Shown piece by piece: positions 30,163 through 39,349 of a stretch of 64,000 nt of DNA. How positions within the stretch are numbered: the stretch's first letter is position 1; every line of letters starts with the position of its first letter. The stretch is from an uncultured Pseudomonadota bacterium (lineage in GTDB: Bacteria > Oederibacteriota > Muellerivitia > Muellerivitales > Muellerivitaceae), in contig CAVYRH010000004.1 in the NCBI GenBank assembly GCA_963770835.1, positions 96,001-160,000 on the forward strand, given 5' to 3'. Below the pieces are notes generated by a model, which was not told the DNA's origin, ran no database searches, and saw only the letters and a list, made by a program, of their open reading frames with translations. The position numbers and the translations under genes are program-made.

Positions 30163-30978
30163 TTAGTTTCCGGCGCTTTGCTTGAGAAGGTCGAGCAAGC
30201 CCAACATTTTATATCCACCGGGCAGTTGGAACTTCTCGGCCCCGAAGTCTTTGCCCTGGATGCTGAGGACCGTTAACTTCATGGAAGGCTTGCCTTTGAC
30301 GTAAAGCACTTCTGAAACAGGCAGGTCGGTTCCGGAAAAATTCTGCTCGAAAGCGCCCGTGTCCGCGCCCCACTGGGCCAGGAGGGGACTGGAAAGGTCC
30401 ACGGCCAGGTGGGCCAGGCTGCGGAAGGTGTTGTAGTCCTCCGGATCCATGCCCGCGCCTTGGGGGGACGTCACCCAGACCTCCCGCATTTTGCCGCCCG
30501 TGGCATCATGGGTCACGTAGGTGTCGCCGGAAAAACTCCCCACTGGGCCGTCCTTCTTTTCCAATTCAGGCACGCCGTTGAAGAAAGAAACCGCGTTTTT
30601 CGCGGCCAGGTCCAGATTGTGGCGGGTTTCGGCGTCGGTGCTGTCGGCCTTCTGTTTTAGCTGGCCGGCGAAAAGGGCGAGCACCACCTTCAGGGTGGTT
30701 TGGTCCGCGGCCGGAAGCATGAAGATGGATTTGTGGAAGGGGTCCATCAGGGAAATCTGGGAGGTTTCCCGGTCGTATAAAAGGGAACCCTTGGTCCGGG
30801 GGCCCTTCCAGGTCAGCCGCACTTGGCCCTGGTCGATCTGGACCTTGGTATCCACCCAATCGGACGGGCCGGAGAGGCTTCGCAGGACGGCCTTTACTTC
30901 CGTCCCCGCCTGGAGGAAAGCGGCAAAGCCCAGCCAGAAAAGGGGGAAATAAAGAAGGAAGGTCCGTGGTGTTTTCAT
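30163..30978 (-). CDS. Hypothetical secreted protein (DUF4412-like)
   Basis: Signal peptide ending LQA; C-terminal F.LP.GYK pattern. Confidence 0.65.
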   Translation of the reverse strand: MKTPRTFLLYFPLFWLGFAAFLQAGTEVKAVLRSLSGPSDWVDTKVQIDQGQVRLTWKGPRTKGSLLYDRETSQISLMDPFHKSIFMLPAADQTTLKVVLALFAGQLKQKADSTDAETRHNLDLAAKNAVSFFNGVPELEKKDGPVGSFSGDTYVTHDATGGKMREVWVTSPQGAGMDPEDYNTFRSLAHLAVDLSSPLLAQWGADTGAFEQNFSGTDLPVSEVLYVKGKPSMKLTVLSIQGKDFGAEKFQLPGGYKMLGLLDLLKQSAGN

Positions 30979-31031
30979 GGGCCTATCCTAACCCGAATGA
31001 ACCGGAACTAAACAGGGTTGGTGGCCAAATT

Positions 31032-31967
31032 TTATGGGTTCATGGCGTCGGAGGGGACACCGCCGAGGTAATCGCTGGCCTTGAAGTGATTATGGCACCG
31101 GACGCAGGAATTCAAATGACCGTCCCCCGGAAGCCAGGTCACCGGCATTTGGATATTTTCAGGATTTCCCGGGACCGGCTTGTCCCACCGTAAGGCGTAT
31201 TGCCAACCTCCCGTTTCGGGGGAGTCCGAAACCTTACCTTTATGCATGACATAAAGAGGCCCGGGGGTTTCGGAGGCTTTGCCACCCCTATCCTCGAAGG
31301 ATTCCTTCACCACCCAAGCCCCTTCCGGTATGTCATCGGAATTCTTGTAAGCCGTTACGGCTTCCTTGGAGACGTAGGTATTAACCCATCGGTGGCCGTG
31401 GGTGCGGCTGTTCCACGGCCGGGCGTTCATCTTCGCCATGGTTTGGCGGTAGTCCTGGATGAGAGAAAACAAGTCCCCGGGTGCGGTGGAAGCCGCGGAA
31501 ACCGAAGTGGCTTCCTCGTCCGGCCCGTAAACCATCTCGCCCCCTTCGTGGCCCGTGACGCCGAAAAGCACCGCTACAGCCAAGCCCAAAACCAATTGCA
31601 AGGCAGTAGGCCAGGACTTGCCCTTCACTTGTTGAAGGGCACCCACAAGGGTTGCGATGGAAAAGATAGTGGCTAGGCTTCCCAGGATCGCGTGAAAACG
31701 GAGCTGGCCCTTCATGGCCTGGGGCGGCGGAAGAATCGACCAATCCAAAGTCATCCCCAGGTGATGGGCGAAAAGATGACCCAGGAGGACACTCGCGATA
31801 GCGCTCAAGAAGGTGAGCACCCACAGAGCCCCGGCGGATTTCAAAAGCCAGGGGGCTTTCTTCCAGGAGCCCAACCCGAAGGCCAGGACCGCCAGGATCG
31901 AGCACACGATAGGAAAGTGCGTCATCGGCGGATGCAGGGGTCCGAGCCAATGGGCCAAGGTTTCCAT
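31032..31967 (-). CDS. DUF2231 membrane domain fused to a cytochrome P460-family c-type heme domain
   Basis: PLHPPMTHFPI...GH.GGEMVY (DUF2231); GAWVVKES and C-terminal CVRCH (P460/c'-beta). Confidence 0.8.
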   Translation of the reverse strand: METLAHWLGPLHPPMTHFPIVCSILAVLAFGLGSWKKAPWLLKSAGALWVLTFLSAIASVLLGHLFAHHLGMTLDWSILPPPQAMKGQLRFHAILGSLATIFSIATLVGALQQVKGKSWPTALQLVLGLAVAVLFGVTGHEGGEMVYGPDEEATSVSAASTAPGDLFSLIQDYRQTMAKMNARPWNSRTHGHRWVNTYVSKEAVTAYKNSDDIPEGAWVVKESFEDRGGKASETPGPLYVMHKGKVSDSPETGGWQYALRWDKPVPGNPENIQMPVTWLPGDGHLNSCVRCHNHFKASDYLGGVPSDAMNP

Positions 31968-32188
31968 GGAGACGACTCCTTCAGTGAAAGATCGGCTTAA
32001 TTAAGATACCGGAACAGTCCGCCAATGGCGGAACTGTTCTAAAAAATTCAACGTAACCCCCAAATTCTGGCGGAATTTTAGGGGTCGGCAGGCTGCGTTG
32101 TAGCTCTTTTTTTAATTTTTCAGCAGCCTGCCAAGAATAACACGGCGCTTATAATGAATGAACCAACATCCTCGTCAAAGGCGGATCC

Positions 32189-34369
32189 TTGAGGAAAAAT
32201 TCCTCGTCATTGGTTTTTCCAACAAAGATTCTTTGGTTTTTGTTCGGCTGGTTTACCCTTGTGAACGGCCTTTTGGCCTTTTCCCCCTTTTTACTTGCCT
32301 GGAAAGCGGTGTTGGCAGTGTCCGGGTTGGTTCTTCCAATAGCCTTCGTTTTAAGGCAGGCCCGCCTAAAGTCCCGGCCTCCCAAGCCTTTCTGGGATGA
32401 GGAACTTTTACCCCCTGCGCCGGGCTGGTTTATTCCCCTAGTAATACTTGCTGCGGCTTATTTTCGTTTCATCCATTTGACCACCCTCTCCCTTTGGCCC
32501 TTGACCGATGAAGCCAAAAGCGGCTATTTCGCGATGCAATTGGCTGTCCATGGGTTAGGATCGGCCCAGCTTTTGTACGATTTCAGCCAATTACCGCCTC
32601 TTTACATTTGGTTGGAAGGGATGTTCTTCAAACTGTTTGGCACCTCGCTTTTTTCCCTCTGGTGTTTTCCCGCAATCCTCTCCCTGCTGACGGTTCCTGT
32701 TTTCTACCTTGCCGCCCGGATTCACTTCTCAAAGAATTTCGCCTTACTTCTTTTGGGCCTCATGGCCTTCAGCTTTTGGCCCCTCTATACGGGAAGGTTT
32801 TCTCACCAGGGATCCCTGCTTTTGTTGTGGGAGTGTTTGACCTTTTGGATGGCGGGGATTTTGGAAAAGCAAGTTCGCAGTCCTCAGTCCGCAGTTCGAA
32901 GTAAAAGATTGATCAGCCAATCGCCACCTGTTGAGCTCAACCCGCTGAAGTATGGTTTTTACCTGGGTCTTTTGACGGGCGCGGGGTTTTATACCTTCAC
33001 TTCCTGGCCCAGTGTGGCCTTGGTATTGGCCCTTTGGATTTTTTGGTTTCACCGCAGGATCTTCGTTTTCTTCCTGGGCGGCATGATATTGGTCTACCTG
33101 CCGTTGGGAGCCGCCTGGCTTTATAACAGTTATGGCGGATATATCCAGCACGTCTGGGCGCTCAACCCGGGCGAAGCCTGGTGGCCCCAAGTCCTGCGGG
33201 GCTTCTGGGACCTTTCCGCTTTTTTCTGGAAGTCGCTCGTTCCACCGAACCTATTCGCCTATAAGCCTTTTTGGTGCGGTTATCTCAATCCATTTTTGGG
33301 AGCCTGCTTTTTCCTGGGAGTGCTCGTTTTTTTCCGGCAAGGTTCCGCTTCCGGAGTTAAGTTTTGGTCCTTGGCTTTCATCCTTTTTTACCTTCCCGGG
33401 TTTCTCACCGGCGGTGTTGAGATGTTCCGTGTTCTCCCCATCCTGCCCCTTCTTTTATTGGGTGCGGCTTTGGGGTTCTCGGCGCTTTTGGCCTCCGTGA
33501 GGTTTTCCTGGAGGTGGCCGGCCCTCGGATTGTTCTTCCTGCTTTCCTTGGGAATGGATAGCTACCATCTTTTCGGGGCCTACCAAGGCCTTTGGACCCA
33601 TCCCACCGACAATTGGTTCGCTAGCAAGTCTGTGGACCGGCTAAGGGCCTACACCCTCTTGGACGATCTGCAAAGGAAATCAGGCCCCGGCCTCATCCTG
33701 TCCGATTTAGTGCCGGATCTTTACGACCAAAGCCTTTCCCTTGCCACCTTTGAGTTCAACGCGACGGATAACCCCCGCCTCGACCCCTCGAAGGCCCGGT
33801 GGGCCGCCCTCCTGACCAACATCCATTACGAGGGCTGCCTTGAGAAGCAATTCCCAGGAATCCAATGGATCTGGCTGGCTCCCGACATGGGTTGGCCCGA
33901 TGGAGGGCTCCTGCTGGCGGTTATCCCCATGCCCTGTGCCCATCCGGAAGCCTTCGCCCGGCTTGTTCAGGCGGACCAGGCCATGCGGGAATTGGTGCCG
34001 CTGGTTTACGACAATCGCGACTACAAATCCCGCCAACCCGTGGTGGAAAAGCTCTTTTCCCTCTACCCACTTTTCAAAGGGGGACCCTTTTTGGAGTCCT
34101 GCTTTTGGGAGAAAATAGCGGACAACGCCTATGGCGACCGGAATTACGAGGCCCAAGTGAAAGCCTTGCAAGAGGCCATTGAAAAAGGGTACCCTGCGGC
34201 ACATCTTTACAATGACCTGGGGGCCCTTTACTTCAGGCGGGGCCATTGGAAGGAAGCCCGCGATGCCTTTGAGAAGGCCCTTCATTGCCCGATCAACCAC
34301 ACTTCCGCGGCGGCGGGTCTTCGGATGTTAGAGGAAGCCGAAAAAACCGGGCAACTTCCCAAAGACTGA
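32189..34369 (+). CDS. GT-C glycosyltransferase (family 39/ArnT-like) with C-terminal TPR
   Basis: FRF..L..LSLWPLTDEA, LPPLY, YTS motifs; many TM helices; C-terminal YNDLGALYF TPR. Confidence 0.8.
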   Translation: MRKNSSSLVFPTKILWFLFGWFTLVNGLLAFSPFLLAWKAVLAVSGLVLPIAFVLRQARLKSRPPKPFWDEELLPPAPGWFIPLVILAAAYFRFIHLTTLSLWPLTDEAKSGYFAMQLAVHGLGSAQLLYDFSQLPPLYIWLEGMFFKLFGTSLFSLWCFPAILSLLTVPVFYLAARIHFSKNFALLLLGLMAFSFWPLYTGRFSHQGSLLLLWECLTFWMAGILEKQVRSPQSAVRSKRLISQSPPVELNPLKYGFYLGLLTGAGFYTFTSWPSVALVLALWIFWFHRRIFVFFLGGMILVYLPLGAAWLYNSYGGYIQHVWALNPGEAWWPQVLRGFWDLSAFFWKSLVPPNLFAYKPFWCGYLNPFLGACFFLGVLVFFRQGSASGVKFWSLAFILFYLPGFLTGGVEMFRVLPILPLLLLGAALGFSALLASVRFSWRWPALGLFFLLSLGMDSYHLFGAYQGLWTHPTDNWFASKSVDRLRAYTLLDDLQRKSGPGLILSDLVPDLYDQSLSLATFEFNATDNPRLDPSKARWAALLTNIHYEGCLEKQFPGIQWIWLAPDMGWPDGGLLLAVIPMPCAHPEAFARLVQADQAMRELVPLVYDNRDYKSRQPVVEKLFSLYPLFKGGPFLESCFWEKIADNAYGDRNYEAQVKALQEAIEKGYPAAHLYNDLGALYFRRGHWKEARDAFEKALHCPINHTSAAAGLRMLEEAEKTGQLPKD

Positions 34370-34391
34370 AGTTAATAGAAAAGGAGATTTT

Positions 34392-35849
34392 TTGAGTTCA
34401 CCGTCATTCCAGCGTCCACCCGAGGTTCCGCCGGAAATCACCTTTATTTCCCTGCCGAAGGCCATGGCCCAGTTTCATCACCTGCCCATCCACGTGCCGG
34501 TGTGGATACACCGCCAAGAGAAGATCCAGAAAAAAGGTTACGACTTCAACGAGGGAGCCCGGGTCATGGAGGAGCTTTTGGCGACGGCGCCCGGAGTCCC
34601 CGGGGCTTATCTTTACCAATTGTTCGTCAAAAAGTGGCCTCACTTGATGGAGGTTGCCCCTTACTTCGAATCGGGACGCGTCGTGGAGGCCATCCCGAAG
34701 CTGGTGGAAGTGCTCGATATCGACCCCGAGTGCCCGCTGACATGTTTCCAGCTGGGTTATTGTTTCCGGGCCACGGGAGAACTGGAAAAATCCGAATCCT
34801 TCTATAAAAAAGCCCTGAGGATGGCCCCCGAGGCAGGATGGATTTACAGCAACCTGGGGCGCACCTACCAGGCCATGGACGATAAGGCAAAGGCCGCAGA
34901 GGCCTTTTGGAAAGCCTTGGAGCTTTTGCCGGGGGACCATTTTGTATTGGAACAATTGATCGGTCTGGGCGAGATATTCGTCATACCGGGGGAAGCGGGC
35001 AAAGGGGACATCTCGGCGGCTTTTGTGAAGCGGGCGGATTACGAGAAAAAGATGAGGGAGGCCGTTGAGAAGGAAACGAAACCGGAAACACTGGCGCAGT
35101 TTGGATGGCGGTTGCTGAAGGACCGGCTGGTGGACCTGGCCTGTTACTGTTTCGAAAAAGCCCATAACTTGAAGAAGGATTTTAAAGAAGCCCTTCTGGG
35201 GCTGGGAACGGCCCACTTGGAGGCAAGCCGGGTCCGGGAAGCCGAGCGGTTTCTGTTGGAATACTTGGATGAAAATCCGGATTCCGCCACGGCCCACTTG
35301 AACCTCTTCAAAGCTTACCTGGCGGGCGGGGAGATGGACCTGGCGTGGGATGAAATCCAAACCGCCGTGCGCCTGGACCCGGCCCGGCCTGAGTCGTTAA
35401 AACAGTTTTACTACCTCTTTCTCCAAACCGGCCGCAAGGAGGATGGCCTCGAAATGCTGGGCCAGTTGGCCCTTCAACACCCGTCCATCTCCACGCCCCT
35501 TCTCGTGAAGGCCTGGGCGCTGACGGAGGACCAGCAATGGCCGGAAGCCCGGCAAGCCCTGGACGAAGCCTTGAAGCGGTCTCCTCATGACGAGGAAATC
35601 CTGCTTTTTCTTACTTCGGAGCTGGGTAAAAGAGGACAGCGGGAGGAATTGATCCGCCTCCTTCAGATGGAAGACATACCCTTGCCCCTCTCGCTGACCA
35701 TTAACTTAGCCCTCGCCTACAGCCAAACCGGCCGGTTGGAAGAAGGCCAAAAGATATTGAAAGCTTTCCTGGAGAGGCCCGGACTGGAACCCATGGACCG
35801 GGAAAGGGGAAAAGCAATATTGAAGGAATTTGAGAAAGACAGCCAGTAA
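34392..35849 (+). CDS. Tetratricopeptide repeat protein
   Basis: Multiple TPR units (YKKALRMAPE..IYSNLG, AHLNL..AY). Confidence 0.85.
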   Translation: MSSPSFQRPPEVPPEITFISLPKAMAQFHHLPIHVPVWIHRQEKIQKKGYDFNEGARVMEELLATAPGVPGAYLYQLFVKKWPHLMEVAPYFESGRVVEAIPKLVEVLDIDPECPLTCFQLGYCFRATGELEKSESFYKKALRMAPEAGWIYSNLGRTYQAMDDKAKAAEAFWKALELLPGDHFVLEQLIGLGEIFVIPGEAGKGDISAAFVKRADYEKKMREAVEKETKPETLAQFGWRLLKDRLVDLACYCFEKAHNLKKDFKEALLGLGTAHLEASRVREAERFLLEYLDENPDSATAHLNLFKAYLAGGEMDLAWDEIQTAVRLDPARPESLKQFYYLFLQTGRKEDGLEMLGQLALQHPSISTPLLVKAWALTEDQQWPEARQALDEALKRSPHDEEILLFLTSELGKRGQREELIRLLQMEDIPLPLSLTINLALAYSQTGRLEEGQKILKAFLERPGLEPMDRERGKAILKEFEKDSQ

Positions 35850-35853
35850 TCCT

Positions 35854-35931
35854 TAGTTATTGGCAATTAGCCAAAAGGGAAAGATGTAATGTAACCGGTG
35901 GAATAATGGTTTTGCTAATTGCTAACAGCTG
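35854..35931. repeat. Heptamer-type inverted repeat between convergent genes
   Basis: tagttattggcaattagc (35854-35871) and gctaattgctaacagctg (35914-35931). Confidence 0.6.
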
Positions 35932-35934
35932 CCG

Positions 35935-36474
35935 TTAATCGTCGAGGGAGATGGTACGGGTGGCCGGAGCGGAAGAATTCACTTCCCCAATCTTCCGGTG
36001 GAGCATGGGGCGGATGACGAGGCTTTCCCCTTGGTACAACTTTTGGGCCCGCTCCATATCGGCTTTCTGGGTGTCCGACAGGTAACGGCAATGGTTCAAA
36101 TGATCCTCCACCAGGCAAAGGCCCGTGCCCGGTTTCTTCCAAAGCTCCAGGAGATTGTCCAGGACTATGACCGGGCTGTTCATTTCCTTAATTTTTTCCT
36201 GGTCCACGGCGTGAAGGCCGTCGTAGTACACGAACAAGTAATCCGGATGGAACTTGAATTTGATCTTGCGGGCCGCATCGACGAAAAAAACACCAGCATC
36301 GGAAACCACCAATTGGGTGAAGCGGTCGTTGTTGGTTTGCTTCCGGAAGGCGAGAAAGCGGACCGGATCCACGGAGACGCCTGCGTAACCCAGGTTGCGG
36401 AATTCATCGTAAATTTGCTTGTTCATGCGCCCGAGCGCGTCCACCTGCTCAGGCCTCATCGGTTCCAAAGACAT
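35935..36474 (-). CDS. Hypothetical cytoplasmic protein
   Basis: Open frame with genome-typical codon usage; no recognised motif. Confidence 0.7.
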   Translation of the reverse strand: MSLEPMRPEQVDALGRMNKQIYDEFRNLGYAGVSVDPVRFLAFRKQTNNDRFTQLVVSDAGVFFVDAARKIKFKFHPDYLFVYYDGLHAVDQEKIKEMNSPVIVLDNLLELWKKPGTGLCLVEDHLNHCRYLSDTQKADMERAQKLYQGESLVIRPMLHRKIGEVNSSAPATRTISLDD

Positions 36475-36637
36475 ACAAACCTTCAATCGTTTTAACAAAT
36501 TTGTGTTGTATTACAGTAAGTCCCAATTTCAATGGATATTTTAACATTTTTCCGGGGAGAGGGAGGCGGATTGGACGGAAAATGTGAGTTTTTAGGCTTC
36601 ACGATCAAACTGAATGTTGAAACGCTTAAGAAGGGAG

Positions 36638-37183
36638 TTAAGAGTCCTGGGGACGGTCCAAGGCATAGTAGGTCCGGGGGGTCTTAAGCAGGATGAAACC
36701 CATCGCGAAGAACAAAAGGTCCCGAAGGACAGTCAGCCAACTCATTTTTTCGCCTTTGCCAAAACAACCGCAGTCACAATCAATGCTATTGAGGACATCC
36801 CAGGTGATAGCCAAGGTATAGACGGCCATCAGGCCACAGAAAATAAGCGCCGCTCCCCGCCACCGGAAACCAAAGATCAAGCAAAGTCCGGTAAAGAATT
36901 CAAGCCAAGGAACAACCACCGCAGTTAAAGCCTGCAGGGAATCGGGAATGAAGAAGTAACATTGCTTGATCAATCCCAAGAAATTCACCGCATCCCCAAT
37001 TTTGTCCAAGCTGGCGCCGAATAAAAGCCAGCCGCAGGCTTGGCGTAATAGGGTCGCGGCCAGGGTTTCCCCCTCTACCCGGGGAAGGGAATAAAGACGG
37101 AATTTCGCCCCGGCCCAAACCAGGAGAAAGAGCAGGCTTAAGCCTGACAAGGTCAAGTCGTTGAGGATGGCGTCGATTTTCAT
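36638..37183 (-). CDS. MauE/DoxX family redox-associated membrane protein
   Basis: VPWLEF..GL.LI.G and IDCDCGCFG; start overlaps the rhodanese stop. Confidence 0.88.
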   Translation of the reverse strand: MKIDAILNDLTLSGLSLLFLLVWAGAKFRLYSLPRVEGETLAATLLRQACGWLLFGASLDKIGDAVNFLGLIKQCYFFIPDSLQALTAVVVPWLEFFTGLCLIFGFRWRGAALIFCGLMAVYTLAITWDVLNSIDCDCGCFGKGEKMSWLTVLRDLLFFAMGFILLKTPRTYYALDRPQDS

Positions 37184-37818
37184 GGTTGCGCACCCTGGGT
37201 GACGGGATAACCCGCTTTTTTCCAATCCGGCCAACCGCCAGTGAATATTTCGACACGAGTATAGCCTGCATCCCGCAAAGCCTTGGCCACCTGAAGGGAT
37301 AAATCGCAGTCTCCACCGTGGCAATAGGTAATGATTTCCTTGGTTTTATCCAGCAATTGGGGCATGACAACGGGAGCGAATTTCTCTGGTTCATTGCCGT
37401 AAAAATTCAAAGCGCCGGGAATATGTCCTTCCTCGTATTCCTCGGGCTTCCGGGCGTCGAGGAAGACACAGGCCTTCTTATCAAAGCGCTGTTTGACACC
37501 CATCAAACTCAGTCGGGGAAAGGAGAGCTCGCCGGGCAAAAGAGTGGGAGCCTTTGAAGAAGATGTTTGGGAAGAAGACGGGGGGAGAGACGGAAAGCCG
37601 ATATAGGTCACTGGGGTGGAATTTACAACAAACTGTTTATAAATCTTGGGTTTGAATTTCAAATCAATTCCATCGACGTAAAAGGCGTTGAAGAGGACCG
37701 CGAAAAAGGACGAGAAAACGAATAAATTCCAGGCTTGCCGGAGGACGGCTATTGCGGGAAATGAAATAAGAGAATCAGAAGGATTCTGGGAGAGTTTTGA
37801 GAGCTGTTTATGTCGCAT
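37180..37818 (-). CDS. Membrane-anchored rhodanese-like domain protein
   Basis: FLDAR..EYEEGHIPGA, YCHGGDCDLS, FTGGWPDW. Confidence 0.9.
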   Translation of the reverse strand: MRHKQLSKLSQNPSDSLISFPAIAVLRQAWNLFVFSSFFAVLFNAFYVDGIDLKFKPKIYKQFVVNSTPVTYIGFPSLPPSSSQTSSSKAPTLLPGELSFPRLSLMGVKQRFDKKACVFLDARKPEEYEEGHIPGALNFYGNEPEKFAPVVMPQLLDKTKEIITYCHGGDCDLSLQVAKALRDAGYTRVEIFTGGWPDWKKAGYPVTQGAQP

Positions 37819-38125
37819 AGGAGCTTCTATTGTCAAGGGACAGCTCTCCCTTTTCAACCTTCATCACTATCGAATCAAAACCAGAAGAGGATATTTTCTC
37901 CTTTGAGTACTTGGACCGAGCTGCCACCTGGCCGTGTCACGTGCTGCGCACGCGGCCAGGTACACGGCTAGGTCCACGGGCATAGCCCGCAGGACCTGGG
38001 CAGCCGATAAAGCCGAAAAACCCGCCAAGGAAGGGATGTAGATGGGAAGGTGCTCCCGGCTAAATTCTTGGGTTTTGCCGGGACTTCTTGGGTAGAATAG
38101 GCCCGCCTTTCAAGGAGGCCTTTGC

Positions 38126-39235
38126 TTGGCCGCACAGATCAAAATTTCCCGCCAGAACATCTTCGTTATCGCCTTTTTCGTCCTCCTGATCGGCCTTTTT
38201 AGCCTCCTCTATTCGCTTTTAGAGCCTTTCTTGCGCGCCTTTGTTTGGGCCACCATTCTCGTCATGGTGTTTTATCCCCTTTATTCCCGGCTGCTTAAGG
38301 CGACGGGCAAGCACGCTTCCTTATCGGCCCTTATTTCCACCCTTGTGGTCCTTACCTTCCTCGCCCTCCCCGGCTTTTTCCTGGTGGTCAACCTGGGACG
38401 GGAATTACCCAAAGCCTATGCGTTCCTTTCGGGCGCCCAATGGGACGTGAAAAGCCAATGGGTGATGGATAAGTTGAAATCATTCAACATGGGGCCCTGG
38501 CTCCAATCCTGGGGAATAGATTCGAGCCAGTATGAGGCGGTCATTCAAAAACAAATTTCCACCGCCTTGGAAGGTTTTGCCCAGCTGGTTTTGCAAAAGA
38601 TGTCCTATGCCTTTGAAAATATCGCCTCTTTCGCCCTGGAAATAGCCCTGGTTAGCATAGCGCTTTTCTTTTTTTTCCGGGATGGCTCTCGGCTGGCCCT
38701 GAGGGCCACCGAACTTATTCCCTTGGAAGAGAAACACCGGATAAAGGTTGTCCATACTTTCTCCATCACCGTGACAGCTGTAGTCCGGGCCATTTTCCTG
38801 ACGGCCGTGATCCAAGGATTCATGTCGGCCTTGGGTTTCGTGGTGGCCGGGGTGCCGGTTCCAATCCTGCTTGGATTGGTGGCCTTTATTAATTCCTTTA
38901 TCCCATTCCTGGGGGCGGCCTCGGTTTGGATTCCGGTAACCATTTGGCTGATGGTGCAAGGGAATACGCTTGCGGCTGTCGGGTTGGCGCTTTGGGGATT
39001 GGTCATTACCGCAGTGGACTACGTCATCAAGCCCTGGATCATTGGAAACGAAGCCAAGCTCCCCCTCTTCTGGCTTTTCTTCACGACGATCGGGGGACTG
39101 AAGGTCTACGGCCTTTTGGGGGTTTTCTTGGGGCCCATCATCCTTTCCTTGGGAATGGCCTTCCTGGCTATTTACCGGGAAGTCTACTTGAATTGGCATA
39201 AGCCAGCTTCTTCCCCGCGAAATTCAAGCCGTTAA
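38126..39235 (+). CDS. AI-2E family transporter
   Basis: FFFFRDG, AVIQG, IPFLG, DYVIKP, GGL..YG.LG.FLGP. Confidence 0.93.
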   Translation: MAAQIKISRQNIFVIAFFVLLIGLFSLLYSLLEPFLRAFVWATILVMVFYPLYSRLLKATGKHASLSALISTLVVLTFLALPGFFLVVNLGRELPKAYAFLSGAQWDVKSQWVMDKLKSFNMGPWLQSWGIDSSQYEAVIQKQISTALEGFAQLVLQKMSYAFENIASFALEIALVSIALFFFFRDGSRLALRATELIPLEEKHRIKVVHTFSITVTAVVRAIFLTAVIQGFMSALGFVVAGVPVPILLGLVAFINSFIPFLGAASVWIPVTIWLMVQGNTLAAVGLALWGLVITAVDYVIKPWIIGNEAKLPLFWLFFTTIGGLKVYGLLGVFLGPIILSLGMAFLAIYREVYLNWHKPASSPRNSSR

Positions 39236-39349
39236 TCCTTTCGGTCTCAACCGCGCCAAGAGGCGCCCTTTGTGGCTGAGATAGTTGCTTTCTTTAAAGG
39301 AACCACCAAGAATAATCCGGTATCTATCTTTGGGTTTTGGGGAGGAATT

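Noticed and set aside
34404..35360. 318-aa minus-strand ORF (and similar long alternative-frame ORFs inside the kinase, pilin and FN3 genes)
   Set aside because: Shadow ORFs expected at high GC3, fully overlapping well-supported genes
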